This document shows positions 14,551 to 27,799 of a stretch of 64,000 bases of DNA, in pieces. The DNA is from Eledone cirrhosa. Its lineage: Eukaryota. The stretch spans positions 96,596,001-96,660,000 of the forward strand of contig OZ024742.1 of the NCBI GenBank assembly GCA_964016885.1. The letters run 5' to 3'. A model generated the notes under the pieces. It searched no databases and was not told the DNA's origin. It saw only the letters and a list, made by a program, of their open reading frames with translations. The translations under genes were made by a program, and so were the position numbers. How positions within the stretch are numbered: position 1 is the first letter of the stretch; the number at the start of each line of letters is the position of its first letter.

Positions 14551-14598
<48 letters not shown>

Positions 14599-15034
14599 CA
14601 TTATGCACCCACTTTTACACAATGCTTTACTGTTTAAGAAAATATGTGACTTCCTGCCAGTATGGAAGTATATATATATGTAAGCAAATGCTCATGCACA
14701 CTTACGTATGTATCTATGCACCTGATCTTACCTATGATTGTATTTATATATTCCTGCATCTATCTTCATATATATTCTCTACATTTATATTTATAATTCA
14801 CTAATTGTTTGTGCATTTATTCATAGTTAGATAGACATGTCGGCAGGTACAGATGCCTCAGACCTTATACAAATATGTTTACATCTTATTGCATATTTAA
14901 ACGTATGTACTTAACTTTTCTCTGACAATTCTACATGCTCACATATTACAATCCATATTTGTGTACCTATATATTTGATTTTATATATATATTCTCTTTA
15001 TATATTTGTATACTTGTAAAGTGAGTAAGTATTT

Positions 15035-16110
15035 AAGCCTTTGACAGAGTACCTTGATCTACTATATGGTGGTCCTTAAGGAAATCAGGCTTGTGAGAGC
15101 AGTGCAAGATGAGCTGTGAGTAAAGTGAGAGTAAGAAGTAAGTTTAGCGAGGAACTCAAGTTACAGGTAAGAGTTCATTATGCTTTGGTTCTCAGCGCAT
15201 GTCTGTTCATCATCGTTTTCTAGGCCATAAAAGAACTAACATGTCAGTAAGCAGGAAAGAAAACAGAACCCTGATTCCTTCAGGGAAGTGGCATTTTACA
15301 ACAGAATAATAGCTAAAACAAGAATAGGATGGAAGATGACAACAAAAGATTTTCCTTATGAAAGAAAGGATGGCTGGATTACATCTGAGTGTGAAGTGCG
15401 ATGTTGCATGGTCAGCTTTTACCACCTTATACCAGGTCTTCCCGGGTTTTCTTACTCCATAGCTTCCATCAACTTTGAGAGCACAGAACCTTTTTATACG
15501 GCTGTCATCCTTCATACAAATCACATGAACATACCAACGCAATCCCCTCTCTAGCATACTGCATCTGATCCCTCTCATGCCTAATTTCCCTCTCAGTTAC
15601 TTTATGCTTTGCCGTTCATGTATATTACTATTACATGCATGCTTCATTTCTTTCCAATGTTTGCAGGTCTTCTACACACAGGGTCCAAGTCTCATTACCA
15701 TGTAATATTGCTGTTCGTATAATCTGCCCATAATTTTAAGGGAAAAACCTTTTGTAGCAGCAGTAGTAGCTCTGAATATTCTCCACCCTGTTCTTACTCT
15801 GGCTACTCTACTTTCAGGACACCCTCCTCTACTGCTGATTTCATTACTCAGGTAACATGACATTTGAATGAGCTAGTATCCTGTGAACACTTGCTACGTA
15901 CTGCAGCTGAGTATCGGCTACACATGAAACATATTTTCTTTGATAGCCTGCCTGTTATCCCACTACATCATTTATGTACCCAAAGCTTGCATTTGGGACA
16001 TAGAATGCAATTTCTACCTACTCTTTTACTGCACACTGAGCAAGGACAATTCGCTGAGAGGATCTGCACCCTATTTTCCTTTCTACATACTAGAACTTTA
16101 GTCTTTGACA
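15035..16110. mobile_element. Rearranged RTE LINE fragments (plus strand ~15035-15340, minus strand ~15400-16110)
   Basis: Plus strand: AFDRVP..WWSLRK. Minus strand: RGIRCSMLERGLRWY.HVI.MKDDS..KPGKTW and CYLS.EISSRGGC.ESRVARVRTGW. Confidence 0.8.
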
Positions 16111-16354
16111 AGTTAATATAGATATTAATATGTATGTGTGTGTGTCTGCGTGTGCATGTATATATATATATTTAACTCGCTAGAGCTTGTGGTATACTGA
16201 AAACACTGAATCAACATTGCAAATTAATTCGTGGTAGGAAGGGCATTAAATCATAGATACAATGTCAAATACAGAATGTAGGAGCAAGATGTGGTGCTCC
16301 AATCAGTGACATCTCAGCATGGAAAACAGTTATTAAATGATGATAATGCTAATT

Positions 16355-16918
<564 letters not shown>

Positions 16919-17357
16919 TTAATATTTTTCTAAGGCAACGGTTGTAATAACACTAGTTAAACATGATATATATTAATAATAAATTATCGTTGTAATGTAA
17001 TTAGATTATATAATTGTTATTTTATAAATGATCTTATAAATATTATTGTAAGATGTATAAACATATTTTCAGACTTTTAATATAAACAATCAATATTAAA
17101 TAAATATATTTTACATAATATTTGTTATAGTTGAATTAATAAAAATTAAAATTTAGATACAAATAGTCTAACATAATAATTAAAAAATAATCTAACATAA
17201 TAATAATAAAATAATCTAACATAAAAAGAACAATAATATGGACAAATATACAGGTAAATATGATACAACCAATATTATAAGCATGTTACAACGAACTGAT
17301 AAAAAAATAGTTAATATAAATTAAAAAAATTATATATAAATTAACAATATAACTTAC

Positions 17358-17520
17358 CAAAACGAGAATAATATTTTGATGATAAATGACGAAATACAAG
17401 AGGAAGATTCAAAAGCGAAACGATAAATAAACGTGCAAACAAAGTGGCGGATGCTTTTGAGCAATGATTACTCTCATTGGTTGATTAGCCAATAAGACAA
17501 TGAAATTCGCCAATAAGACG
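17358..17520 (-). promoter_or_regulatory. Candidate promoter and non-coding first exon of a leftward gene
   Basis: Minus-strand donor TTG|GTAAGT at 17358/17357, YY1-like CCGCCACTTT at ~17441-17450, ATTGG at 17476, two GCCAATAAGAC copies (17488, 17509), and a local rise in CpG. Confidence 0.5.
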
Positions 17521-17853
17521 ATACATTACAAAAGATGTTTGGCAGTGATCACCACGGCCAGCGAAACCCCTTGAATTTTTTTATTCGCAAGCTACGCATA
17601 TATGTCAAGACACGCAGACTTAAAACATTCTGTTGTTAGTCACTGTGTGTCTAACAGATATACGTATATATATATGAATGTTGTACTTTAGCTCTGATGG
17701 CTTAAAGACATTTAAAGAAGTAAGAAATTTATATATTTGCAGACTTACCAAGTTTTGCCTGTGGATATTATGAATAGGGAAATAGCTCCAATAAATCTAT
17801 TCAAGGAATCCATTTTCCCTCTCCCTCTTGCACTCTTCTCTCTCTCTCTTTCA

Positions 17854-17979
<126 letters not shown>

Positions 17980-18426
17980 GTAGAGAGAGATACTGTGTAT
18001 ATTTAATATTATCTCAGCTGTTATTTTTCCACACACAAAGTTATGTATGTATATATGTATATATTTATGGAATGTATGTATGCATGTATGTATGTGCGAA
18101 TGTATGTATGTATATATGTATGTATGTAATGTATGTATGTATGCATGTATGAATGTGTATTCAGCAAGAAGACCTGAGATAATTTAAAGCAAACATTTGG
18201 TAATGTGTGTGTGTATGTGTGTGTGTATTTGTGCCCATGTATGTTTGTGTGAGTGTATGTGCAAATATTTTCACATAATTATATAATATTTCATATGTAA
18301 TTATCTGTTTTTAACCTCAGAAACCCATAATCACAGACAAACCTACACACATATATGTATGTCTGTCGACTTATATATTTATCTAGGTATATACACACAC
18401 ACACATATCTCCATATAAATAAATAA

Positions 18427-18461
<35 letters not shown>

Positions 18462-18524
18462 CGTGTGTGTATGTATGTATACATATGCATATATATATAT
18501 ACATACAAAAGCGGACGTAAAATA

Positions 18525-18605
<81 letters not shown>

Positions 18606-18944
18606 CAAGTATTGCACCATATATATAAATACAGAGAGATAGAGATTGATGTATTTATTCTCACATGCACATACACATAAACACACACAGGGAGACAGTT
18701 TAAATCAACAATCTCAAAGTTTATTGACATCTCCAAATTGACTGCCAGAGGCTAAGATGTTTTTGCAGAATCTAAGGTGTCATTCTTGTGGCCCGTGGAT
18801 TCTGTATTTCCTCTCAGTTGAATGCACTACATTTCAACCTTAGGCAAGATTCTCCATTTTAATTGATTGCATTGAAATGTATGTACTAAATACATGTTGA
18901 CATTCTCTTTTTTTATGCTCACCTGCTTGCTCTAGACTTTAATA

Positions 18945-19010
<66 letters not shown>

Positions 19011-19014
<4 letters not shown>

Positions 19015-19726
19015 TCATCATCATTATCATCACCGTTTTACGTCCGTTCTTCCATGCTAGCATTGGTTAGACATCGATGGATGTGTAATAGTAATGTGCA
19101 GGAAAGGCGAAACATAAACGAATCAAGAGGGAGACTAAGAATAAGAGGTATCAAATGTTGTGTTCTGGAGAGGAGATTGCGTTGGTATGGACATGTGATA
19201 CGTATGAAGGATGACAGCTGTATAAAAAAGTGCAGGGCAATGGAAATTGATGGAGCTACGGAGTGGGTAGACCAAGAAAAACCTGGGACAAGGTGATAAA
19301 ACTGACCTTCCTCACCTACACATCTCTGAGACAATGACACTAGATCGAGGAGACCTTTGGTGCCATGCAGTTGCACAGAAGACCCGATTGCCATTGCATA
19401 CAGACCTACAGTCAGTAGGCACCTCTTAACCCAATGTACTCTCCACCCAACACCTCTATCCCATCCTACCCCTCTCCCGTTCCATCCACTGTGTCCATGA
19501 CACAGCAGTCCACGCTGTAAGGTGGCCATGTAGGAGGCACGGTAAAAAGGGTCCCAGTCCATACTGTAAATGTGGTTGGTGTTAGGAAGGGCATCTAGCT
19601 GTAAAAAACCTGCCAGAGACGTTTCCGTGCGAGTGAGGCATGATCTCGCAACCATTCCCGCATCGAATGGAACAAAATCATCTAACCCATGCTAGTATGG
19701 AAGATGGACGTTAAGTGAGGATGATG

Positions 19727-19728
<2 letters not shown>
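19011..19728 (+). mobile_element. RTE LINE 3' fragment with an inverted copy of its own tail at the 5' side
   Basis: RWMCNSNV..RGIKCCVLERRLRWYGHVIRMKDDSCIKKC plus 3'UTR and tail. 19011-19072 is the reverse complement of the tail. Confidence 0.85.
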
Positions 19729-19787
<59 letters not shown>

Positions 19788-19788
<1 letters not shown>

Positions 19789-20226
19789 ATCTATCTATCT
19801 ATCTACCTAGGGTAGGTAAAATTCCTGAGATCCATGGATGAGTTCTCTTCAGCAGTCTCTCTCCTTCATCTTTGCTGCCATGTCCTTTGTCTTCCAGAGA
19901 ACAGTGTCTGTCCTTAGAGCATCAATATATGTCAACCTTGGTCTCTCTCTTCTAGTAGGGGCTCCCACAGGACAACTGAAAACAATGTCAACTCTGGAAG
20001 TTCAGCTAACCAAAGTCTCTTCTGTGTTACTTTCGAGCTGAACTTTGGGAGGCTCCCATATAGCTCTGAATTCTTTATCCTCAATATATACTGATTAATA
20101 TTCAGAGACATCCTCAGCATTCTTGTGTAGCACCCATCCACCACCTGAGTGAGTCTCTTGGTTAGTATTCTAATCTCAGAACCGTACAGCAGCACAGACT
20201 CCACTGTAGCAATGTAGAGATGTATC

Positions 20227-20228
<2 letters not shown>
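19788..20228 (-). mobile_element. RTE-like LINE 3' fragment (second family) with (GATA)n tail
   Basis: VESVLLYGSE..LTKRL..VDGCYTRMLRMSLNI..ELYGSLPK..VVLWEP. Confidence 0.8.
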
Positions 20229-20296
<68 letters not shown>

Positions 20297-20569
20297 CATT
20301 AATTATAATGAGCCAGACAATTAGAGTTTATCTAGCTTTGTTGCAATCCATTCGCTGACAATCTTTTGATTGCTATTTCTGTCAACATTATAAGCCTGTC
20401 ATATAGTACTTATATGCTAGGAGATTTGTTCGACCATGCTTCCTTGGCACATGGTAGAGTATGTATGATTTCCTGTTCAGTATGATGGTTTTATATATAT
20501 ATATATATATATAAAATCATCCTGAAGTGTCGGTAAATAACTGACACATACTCAAAATCATATATGTAT

Positions 20570-20606
<37 letters not shown>

Positions 20607-20656
20607 GTAGAACACTGGAAGGTAATATCCGTAGTGGTAGAGCACTCAGTCCGTTA

Positions 20657-20694
20657 CGAGCTGAGGATCCGCTAAGGTGAAACAATTGTTCTCG
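20657..20694 (+). ncRNA. Minimal type I hammerhead ribozyme with intact core
   Basis: CGAG-CTGAGGA-T-CC-GCTAA-GG-T-GAAAC-AATT-GTT-CTCG. Stem I is CGAG/CTCG, stem III is the palindrome AACAATTGTT, and the triplet is GUU. It lies in a ~125-bp insert flanked by (TA)n. Confidence 0.7.
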
Positions 20695-20723
20695 GTATGG
20701 TGAACTAACTGTTGTGTAACCAC

Positions 20724-20762
<39 letters not shown>

Positions 20763-20944
20763 GATGACAATAACATTGATGATAGTGATGGTGGCAATAA
20801 CATTGATGATGAAGGTGATGACAATTGTGTTGATGACAATACCAATGATGATGAGGATGTCAGTAACATTGATGATAAAAATGATGACAATGGTGTTAAA
20901 GATGATGACTACAATATATATATACAATAACATTGGTGATAAAA

Positions 20945-21125
20945 ATAATTGTTTCTACTTTTTGGCACAAGGCCAGCAATCACCCAGTACATGACTGGTA
21001 CTTTATGTTATCGACCCCGTAAGGATGAAAGGCAAAGTTAACCTCGGCAAGGATTTGAACTCAGATCATAAAGGGACATAACTATGCTAGAAAGCATGGC
21101 GTCTGACCCTCTACCGATACTACCA
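20945..21125 (-). mobile_element. tRNA-derived SINE, near full length
   Basis: Reverse complement of the 22305-22493 copy. Confidence 0.85.
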
Positions 21126-22094
21126 AAAATAATGATGGTGATGATGTAAAAACCTTAAAAATAATTCCTTCCTTCTCTTGTCTGATGTTTAATTAAGTTC
21201 AAATTTTTCTACACGCTTGAGGTGGTTTTGTTTTTAACAAACCTTACATTAAACTGTTATTTTGTGTATATATGAGTGTATGATGAATGGGTGTATATAT
21301 GTATGTATGGTGAATGTGTGTGCGTATGTATATAGATATGTGTGTATGTATGAATGTATGTATGCAAATATGTATGCACGTATGTATCTGTGTATGTATA
21401 TATGTATGTGTGTATGTATTAATTTATGTATGTAAATATTTATTCATGTATGTATAGGTGTATATATGTGTGTATATATGAATTTATGTATGCATGTATG
21501 TATCTGTGTTTGTATATAGCTATGTCGATGTGTATGTATGATGGATGTATGTGAGTATGTATATAGGTATACATGTATGTATGGATGTGTATATATATGT
21601 ATGTATATGAATGTATGTGTCTGCATGTATGTATATAGGTATACATGTAGGTATGGATGTGTATATATATGTATGTATATGAATGTATGTGTCTGCATGT
21701 ATGTATATATGTATGTAAATGTGTATATATGCATGTGCATATATGTATGTAGATATATACGTTTGTGTATGTGTGTTTGTAAATATATATGTATCTGTGT
21801 GTATGTATGTATATATGCATCTGTGCGTATATATGAGTCTGTTCATATATGAGTATGTGTCTGTGCATGTGTATGTTGGGAGAGGTATATCACTATCTAG
21901 GTCTTTTTTTTTTATCTTTCTTAATATCCAATAAATCATCGTTAATTCTATTTGGAAAAGATATTAAATGAATAAAAAGTATTTAAATTAGAAAGCAAAA
22001 ATAAAATTAAAAAAAGTTTAAAAAACACAATCATCAATAAAAAGAAATGGTGGTTGTAGTGTGAGAAGGAGTATGGTTATTCACTTCTGTGATA

Positions 22095-24220
22095 AATGAA
22101 TATTCACCATCATACTTATCATCATCATTATCATTGCTGTCTTTATCATCATCATTGTAAGCACCAATGCCATCACCATTATTATCATTTTCATTATCAT
22201 TGTCTTTGTCACTATTATCATCATCATCATCATCATCAGTCTCATTATTATTATCACCATCATGTTATCATCATCATTATCATAAACATCATCATCATCG
22301 TCATTGGATTGGCAGTGACGGTAGAGGGTTGGACGCCATGCTTTTCAGCACAGAGTTACGTCCCTTTACGGACTGAGTTCAAATCCCGCCGAGGTTAACA
22401 TTGTCTTTTATCCTTATGGGGTCGATAAAATAAAGTACCAGTAATGTACTGAGTAATTGCTGGCCTTGTGCCAAAAAGTAGAAACAATTATTATCATAAA
22501 CATTATCATCATCATCAACATTATTCCCACTATCATTCTCATTGTCACTATTATCATCATCATCACCATCATCGTCATCATCATCATCATCATCATAAAA
22601 ATCATCATCAGCATTGTCACCATTACCATTAGTAGTTTCATCATCATCATCAAAATCAACTTCCTCATCAACATTAATCATCATCATCATCATCAACATC
22701 ATCATCATTATCATAATCATTAACAACATAATTATCATCATCATCAACAACATCATTATCATCATCATCAACATCATCATCAACATCATCATCATCATCA
22801 ACATCATACTCACTGTTTATCATCTCCACCAATACTACCTGTTACTTTCATTAATTTATTGTCATTATCATCATCATCATCATCAACATCAACATCACAT
22901 ATGCCACCCCTCCATTACAACTACAAATGTCTTCAACATCATTTTACCACCTTTACTGCTAGAATTGCATTCATCATCCTCAGCCTTGTTATCATCATTA
23001 CCATCATCATCATCATTGTCATCACCCCCCCCCCTGTCATCATCATAGTCATTACACCCCTGCTGCCATTGTCAAAATCATCATCATCACCCTCATCTTC
23101 ATAATTATCATCATCATTATGTCCACCATCATTATCTTCTCTACCATCATCATCATCACCACCACTATCATTATCAACATCATTGTCAATACCACCGTCA
23201 TAAACATCATCATTGGTGGGTTGGTGGTATCAGTAAAGGGTCAGACGCCATGCTTTGCAGCATAGAGTTACGCCCCTTTACAGTCTGAGTTCATTTTCCG
23301 CCGAGGTTAACTTTGCCTTTTATCCTTACGGGGTTGATAAAATAAAGTACCAGTAATGTACTGGGTAATTGCTGGTCAAAAGTAGAAACAATTATTATCA
23401 TCTGTAATAACACATCCTTCACCAGTTTGTCCCAATCATCATCATCAACATGATTATCATTGTACACAACAATACCACATACTTTAAAACTATCAGCATC
23501 ATCAACATCATCAGTTGCAGCACCTCTAATGTTATCATAATTACCATCATCAGCAGCAGTATCTACATCATCACTACTAACACTACCACCACCACTGCCC
23601 CCACAACCACCACCACCTCCATCAACACTACATAACACCAACACCACCACCACTACGATCACTACCACCACCACCAACAACAACAACACCACATAACACC
23701 AACACCACCACCTCTACGATCACCAACAACACCCCATAACACCAACACCACCATAACTACGATCACCACCACCAACTACACCACATAACACCAACACATT
23801 CACCACTACAATCACTAACAGCACAGCCACCACCACCACCACTGCCACCAACATCATTACCATTACCACCACCACCACTATACCAACACCACCACCAATA
23901 CTACCATCACCACTACCACCATTACCATCATCACCACCACCACCACCACCAACACCACCACCACCACCATTACCACCACCATCACCACTACTACCACCAC
24001 CACGACCAACACAACCACTACTTCTACCACCACCTCCACCATCACCACCACCACTACCATCATCACCACCACCATCACCACCACAACTACCACCACCACC
24101 ACCATCACCACCACAACTACCACCACCACCACCATCACCACCACAACTACCACCACCACTACCACCACCAGCACCAGCACCAGCACCACACTACCACTAC
24201 CACCACCATCACCACCAATA
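22095..24220. repeat. Long degenerate (CAT)n/(CAC)n low-complexity tract with embedded SINEs
   Basis: Triplet repeats are visible directly and yield poly-H/I/M/V pseudo-ORFs. Confidence 0.95.
22305..22493 (+). mobile_element. tRNA-derived SINE, full length
   Basis: A-box-like TGGCAGTGACGG, B-box GAGTTCAAATCC, conserved core and (ATT)n tail. Other copies lie at ~2995, 11190, 23215, 25920, 42560, 45450, 45635, 50540, 51240, 51430, 53690 and 54745. Confidence 0.88.
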
Positions 24221-24339
24221 TATTCAGTCTCTATGATGTTTTATAGGTCAACAGTGTTAAATTTAAACGCTGCAATAGAGCAGAAAATTACTGACAAAAT
24301 CTTGTTTTGTTGTTGTTAAGTTGTCATTATGTTGTTATT

Positions 24340-24915
24340 CTTGTTATTGTTATACAATTCTTGTAATACAGTTGTTGTTATACAGTTGTTATACCGTTGT
24401 TCTTGTTATACAGTTGTTATTATATATCTTTCGTTATACAGTTGTTATACAGTTGTCGTTATACAGTTGTTTTTATACAGTTGTTTTTATACAGTTGTAA
24501 TACAGTTGTTGTTATACAGTTGTTATACCGTTGTTATTGTTATACAGTTGTTTTTATACAGTTGTAATACAGTTGTTGTTATACAGTTGTTGCTGTTATA
24601 CAGTTGTTGTTATACAGTTGTCGTTATACAGTTGCTGTTATACAGTTGTTGTTATACAGTTGTCGTTATACAGTTGCTGTTATACAGTTGCTGTTATACA
24701 GTTGTCGTTATACAGTTGCTGTTATACAGTTGTTGTTATACAGTTGTCGTTATACAGTTGCTGTTATACAGTTGCTGTTATACAGTTGTCGTTATACAGT
24801 TGCTGTTATACAGCTGTATTTATACAGTTGTTGTTATACAGGTGTTGTCGTTATACAGTGGTCTTTATACAGTTGATTTTATACAGTTGTTATGCAGTTG
24901 TTGTTATACAGTTAG
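24340..24915. repeat. Minisatellite of 15/18-bp units GTTATACAGTTG(YY)(GTT)
   Basis: More than 30 visible copies of (T)ATACAGTTG-like units. Confidence 0.95.
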
Positions 24916-25319
24916 AATTGTGATGATGGCTGGGATGAAGACAGTGTTGATAATGATGTAGATTGTAGTGGTGATGATAAATATTAGCAGGGATGATGAC
25001 ATTGATGATGTTGAGTATGATGATTGATAAGTGGTGTAGGATATAGAAGAAAGTTACAGTGAGATAAACTATTAGAATATATTTAAATATAATAATAATA
25101 CTAAAAACAATCTAAACAAAATATACAAACTTCACCTTCCTCCACCATCTCTCAGCTAATGCAACACTAACGAAACCAAATCCCCCCCCCCATCTCAAAC
25201 CTACACCCCTTTCACCCTCACCCCTACTATCTCCACTTTCTTCCGTTTGGAGAAATCATTGATTTTTTTTCCTTCTCCGTTTTTCTTTATTGACAAAAAG
25301 AATTAAAATATTTTCTTTA

Positions 25320-25362
<43 letters not shown>

Positions 25363-26999
25363 TTATTATTATTTTTATTATTATTATTATTATTTCCATT
25401 TTTTTTTATTTTATTTTAGATTCTGAATAGTATAGAGGTCAAGTACAGAGGCCAATTTAATTAACTAATTTTCAGTTGAATGGTTCGTTAGATACTCTAA
25501 GGGTTGGTCTTGAAATTGGCTGGTCTTCGAAACTATGGAAAACTGTTGAGGCGAGATATATTACCAGCATTGCTATAAATCGCTTTCGTGTATTTTTAAT
25601 GAGCTATGATGCTATTTTGCAGGATTTTAATTTTTACAGAATTCTTTTGTGTTGTGATTTTTCGTAACATACTATTAAATATGCTAATTTCTATGAAAAA
25701 TAAATTTTTCACACAAATCTAAGAAAATACAGAAAACACAAGAAAAGTTTATACATTTCAATACAACACAGCAAGCTTTTTAACCATTTCATTAGCTTAT
25801 TCCTAATGAAATACACTCCTTATAATTTTCAAATCATTTTCATCTTAATGAAGAATTTTGAAAGATTTCGAGATATAACTAACTTTCACATGATTAAGTT
25901 GATATTTAGGGCACTGGGTTTAGCAGTCATTAGATCACTAGATAAAGGCTTCATGGTTGGTTCCAGCCCTTTAGATGCAGAGTTCAAATTCCACTGAGAT
26001 AAACTTTGCCTTTCATCCTTATATTTTTGATAAAGTATGAATCAAAAACAGGAGTAAATATAATCGACTTTTCCCTTCGCCTAAGATTGCTGGCCTTGTT
26101 CCTAAATTATAAATCATTAAATTGATGTTTGAGCATAACTTAAAAATTATGTGTGAATGTTTTTAGAAAAATATAAGCTCTTAAAAAAAAATACAGCTTT
26201 GGTATTACAAAACTTTTTTATTTTTTGTGGTGATGATGGTGGTGGGGCGCTTTGTGGTGGATTGGTATCAAAAGCGTTAAGGCAATTTTCTATGCTAAAG
26301 TAGTGAGTTAGCCTTTTAGGCCTCATGATAGGCATCATACACATCATGTAATCCTTTTTTTAGGCGGAATTTTTTAAAGCTAGATTGTTCCTATTGTTCC
26401 TATGAATTAGACTTGTGTAGTTTTAAAGATGCTATATTGCAGGATCGTAACTTATTACAACATCCTTTCTGTTGTTGTTTCTACTAATATTACAATTAAA
26501 TATGGTGATTTCTCTGAAGCAGAAAAACAAATTTTAAGACAAGGCAGAAACTATCAGTTATATACATTTCGAAACAACAAGAACACAACATTTGTTTTAA
26601 GGCCATTTTGCCTGTAAAAGCATGGAGTTAGCATTGTAAGCTCAACGAGAAGCTTCATACTCATCAAGGGATACATTTTGAGACAATATTTTCAGTTAGA
26701 TGCCCCATTTCCTGAATATCTTGTGTATTTATAATGAGATATGATGCTATTTGGTAGGGTTTTATTTTTTTACAGAATTCTTTGTGATGTGGTTTTCCTA
26801 ACATACAATTAAAGATGTTAATTACTCTATTAAAAAAATGCAATTTAAGAACATCGAAATTTGTTATATTAACAATATAACAACTGAAGCAGAAACTGCT
26901 TAGATGAAGAATCTCTACTGTTTCATCCTCAGTTTGTTTACTCAGAGAGCAATAGTATCTACATACTTGGTCCTGATATCCTTAGTCACCAATGCTTTC

Positions 27000-27720
27000 C
27001 ACTTTATCCTTTAGGTCGACTCGGACCTGTCAGATTTGTGGCATTAGGTTGTTTCAAGTTGCAGATAAATAAATGTTGATCAGTTGACAGTTCAGCCCTT
27101 CTCTTAGCATAAACATCCAACACAGAATCGAAGAGATCAGAGACAATAACAATACCAAGTATTGATGTCTGTCCCTGATTCCCCTTATATCATGTATATT
27201 TGTGGATGTCTCTGTGCTGCATGAAGGTGTTCATAATAGGTCAAAAGAGGCTTGGTGTGGAACTGGATGGCAGGAGGACCCGATGGTTAAATTAAGAATT
27301 CAAAGATTCCATCTGAGCAAAGATGGAGGCCTACAAAGCTAGGTTTGGAAATAAGTCCTCCTTCTTGCACTTGCAGTTTAAGCAAGTATGAAGAATCACC
27401 GCAGGTACAGTAATAGGATCCAAGGATAGGCCATGCGAGGACTTTGGAGTTAAGATGGAATCCGACTTCAGATCAGCTAATAAAGTGTTCTGGCAGACCA
27501 TCCACCAACTACGTAATAAAATGTTCTCCTTCACACCTGCTATCAGGAACACATCTAGAGTTCTCTTGTCAGAGAGATGCATCTTTGTAAGGTCGAGAGA
27601 ATACCTTGCTGAGCTACTAAACCTGATACAACAGAATCTGCGATGGTTAATATCTCTGAGGCTGAGGTCACAAGCGCAATTAAAGAACTCAAATTAATCA
27701 GTGCCAAACCCATGTCGGAT
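27000..27720 (+). mobile_element. RTE-clade LINE fragment (endonuclease-RT linker)
   Basis: EDFGVKMESDFRSANKVFWQTIHQLR..REYLAELLN..ISEAEVTSAIKELK. Confidence 0.7.
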
Positions 27721-27799
27721 TTCATAGTCACCCTCACTATGATGAATCACATAAGGCAGAGGTTGTAGTGAATGGATCTATTCAGAATGGCACATGTTT

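Noticed and set aside
22305-22390. tRNA gene (A and B boxes)
   Set aside because: The boxes are followed by the SINE core and tail in many diverged copies, and there is no cloverleaf.
24340-24915. CRISPR-like array
   Set aside because: The units are contiguous with no unique spacers, there are no cas genes, and the context is eukaryotic.
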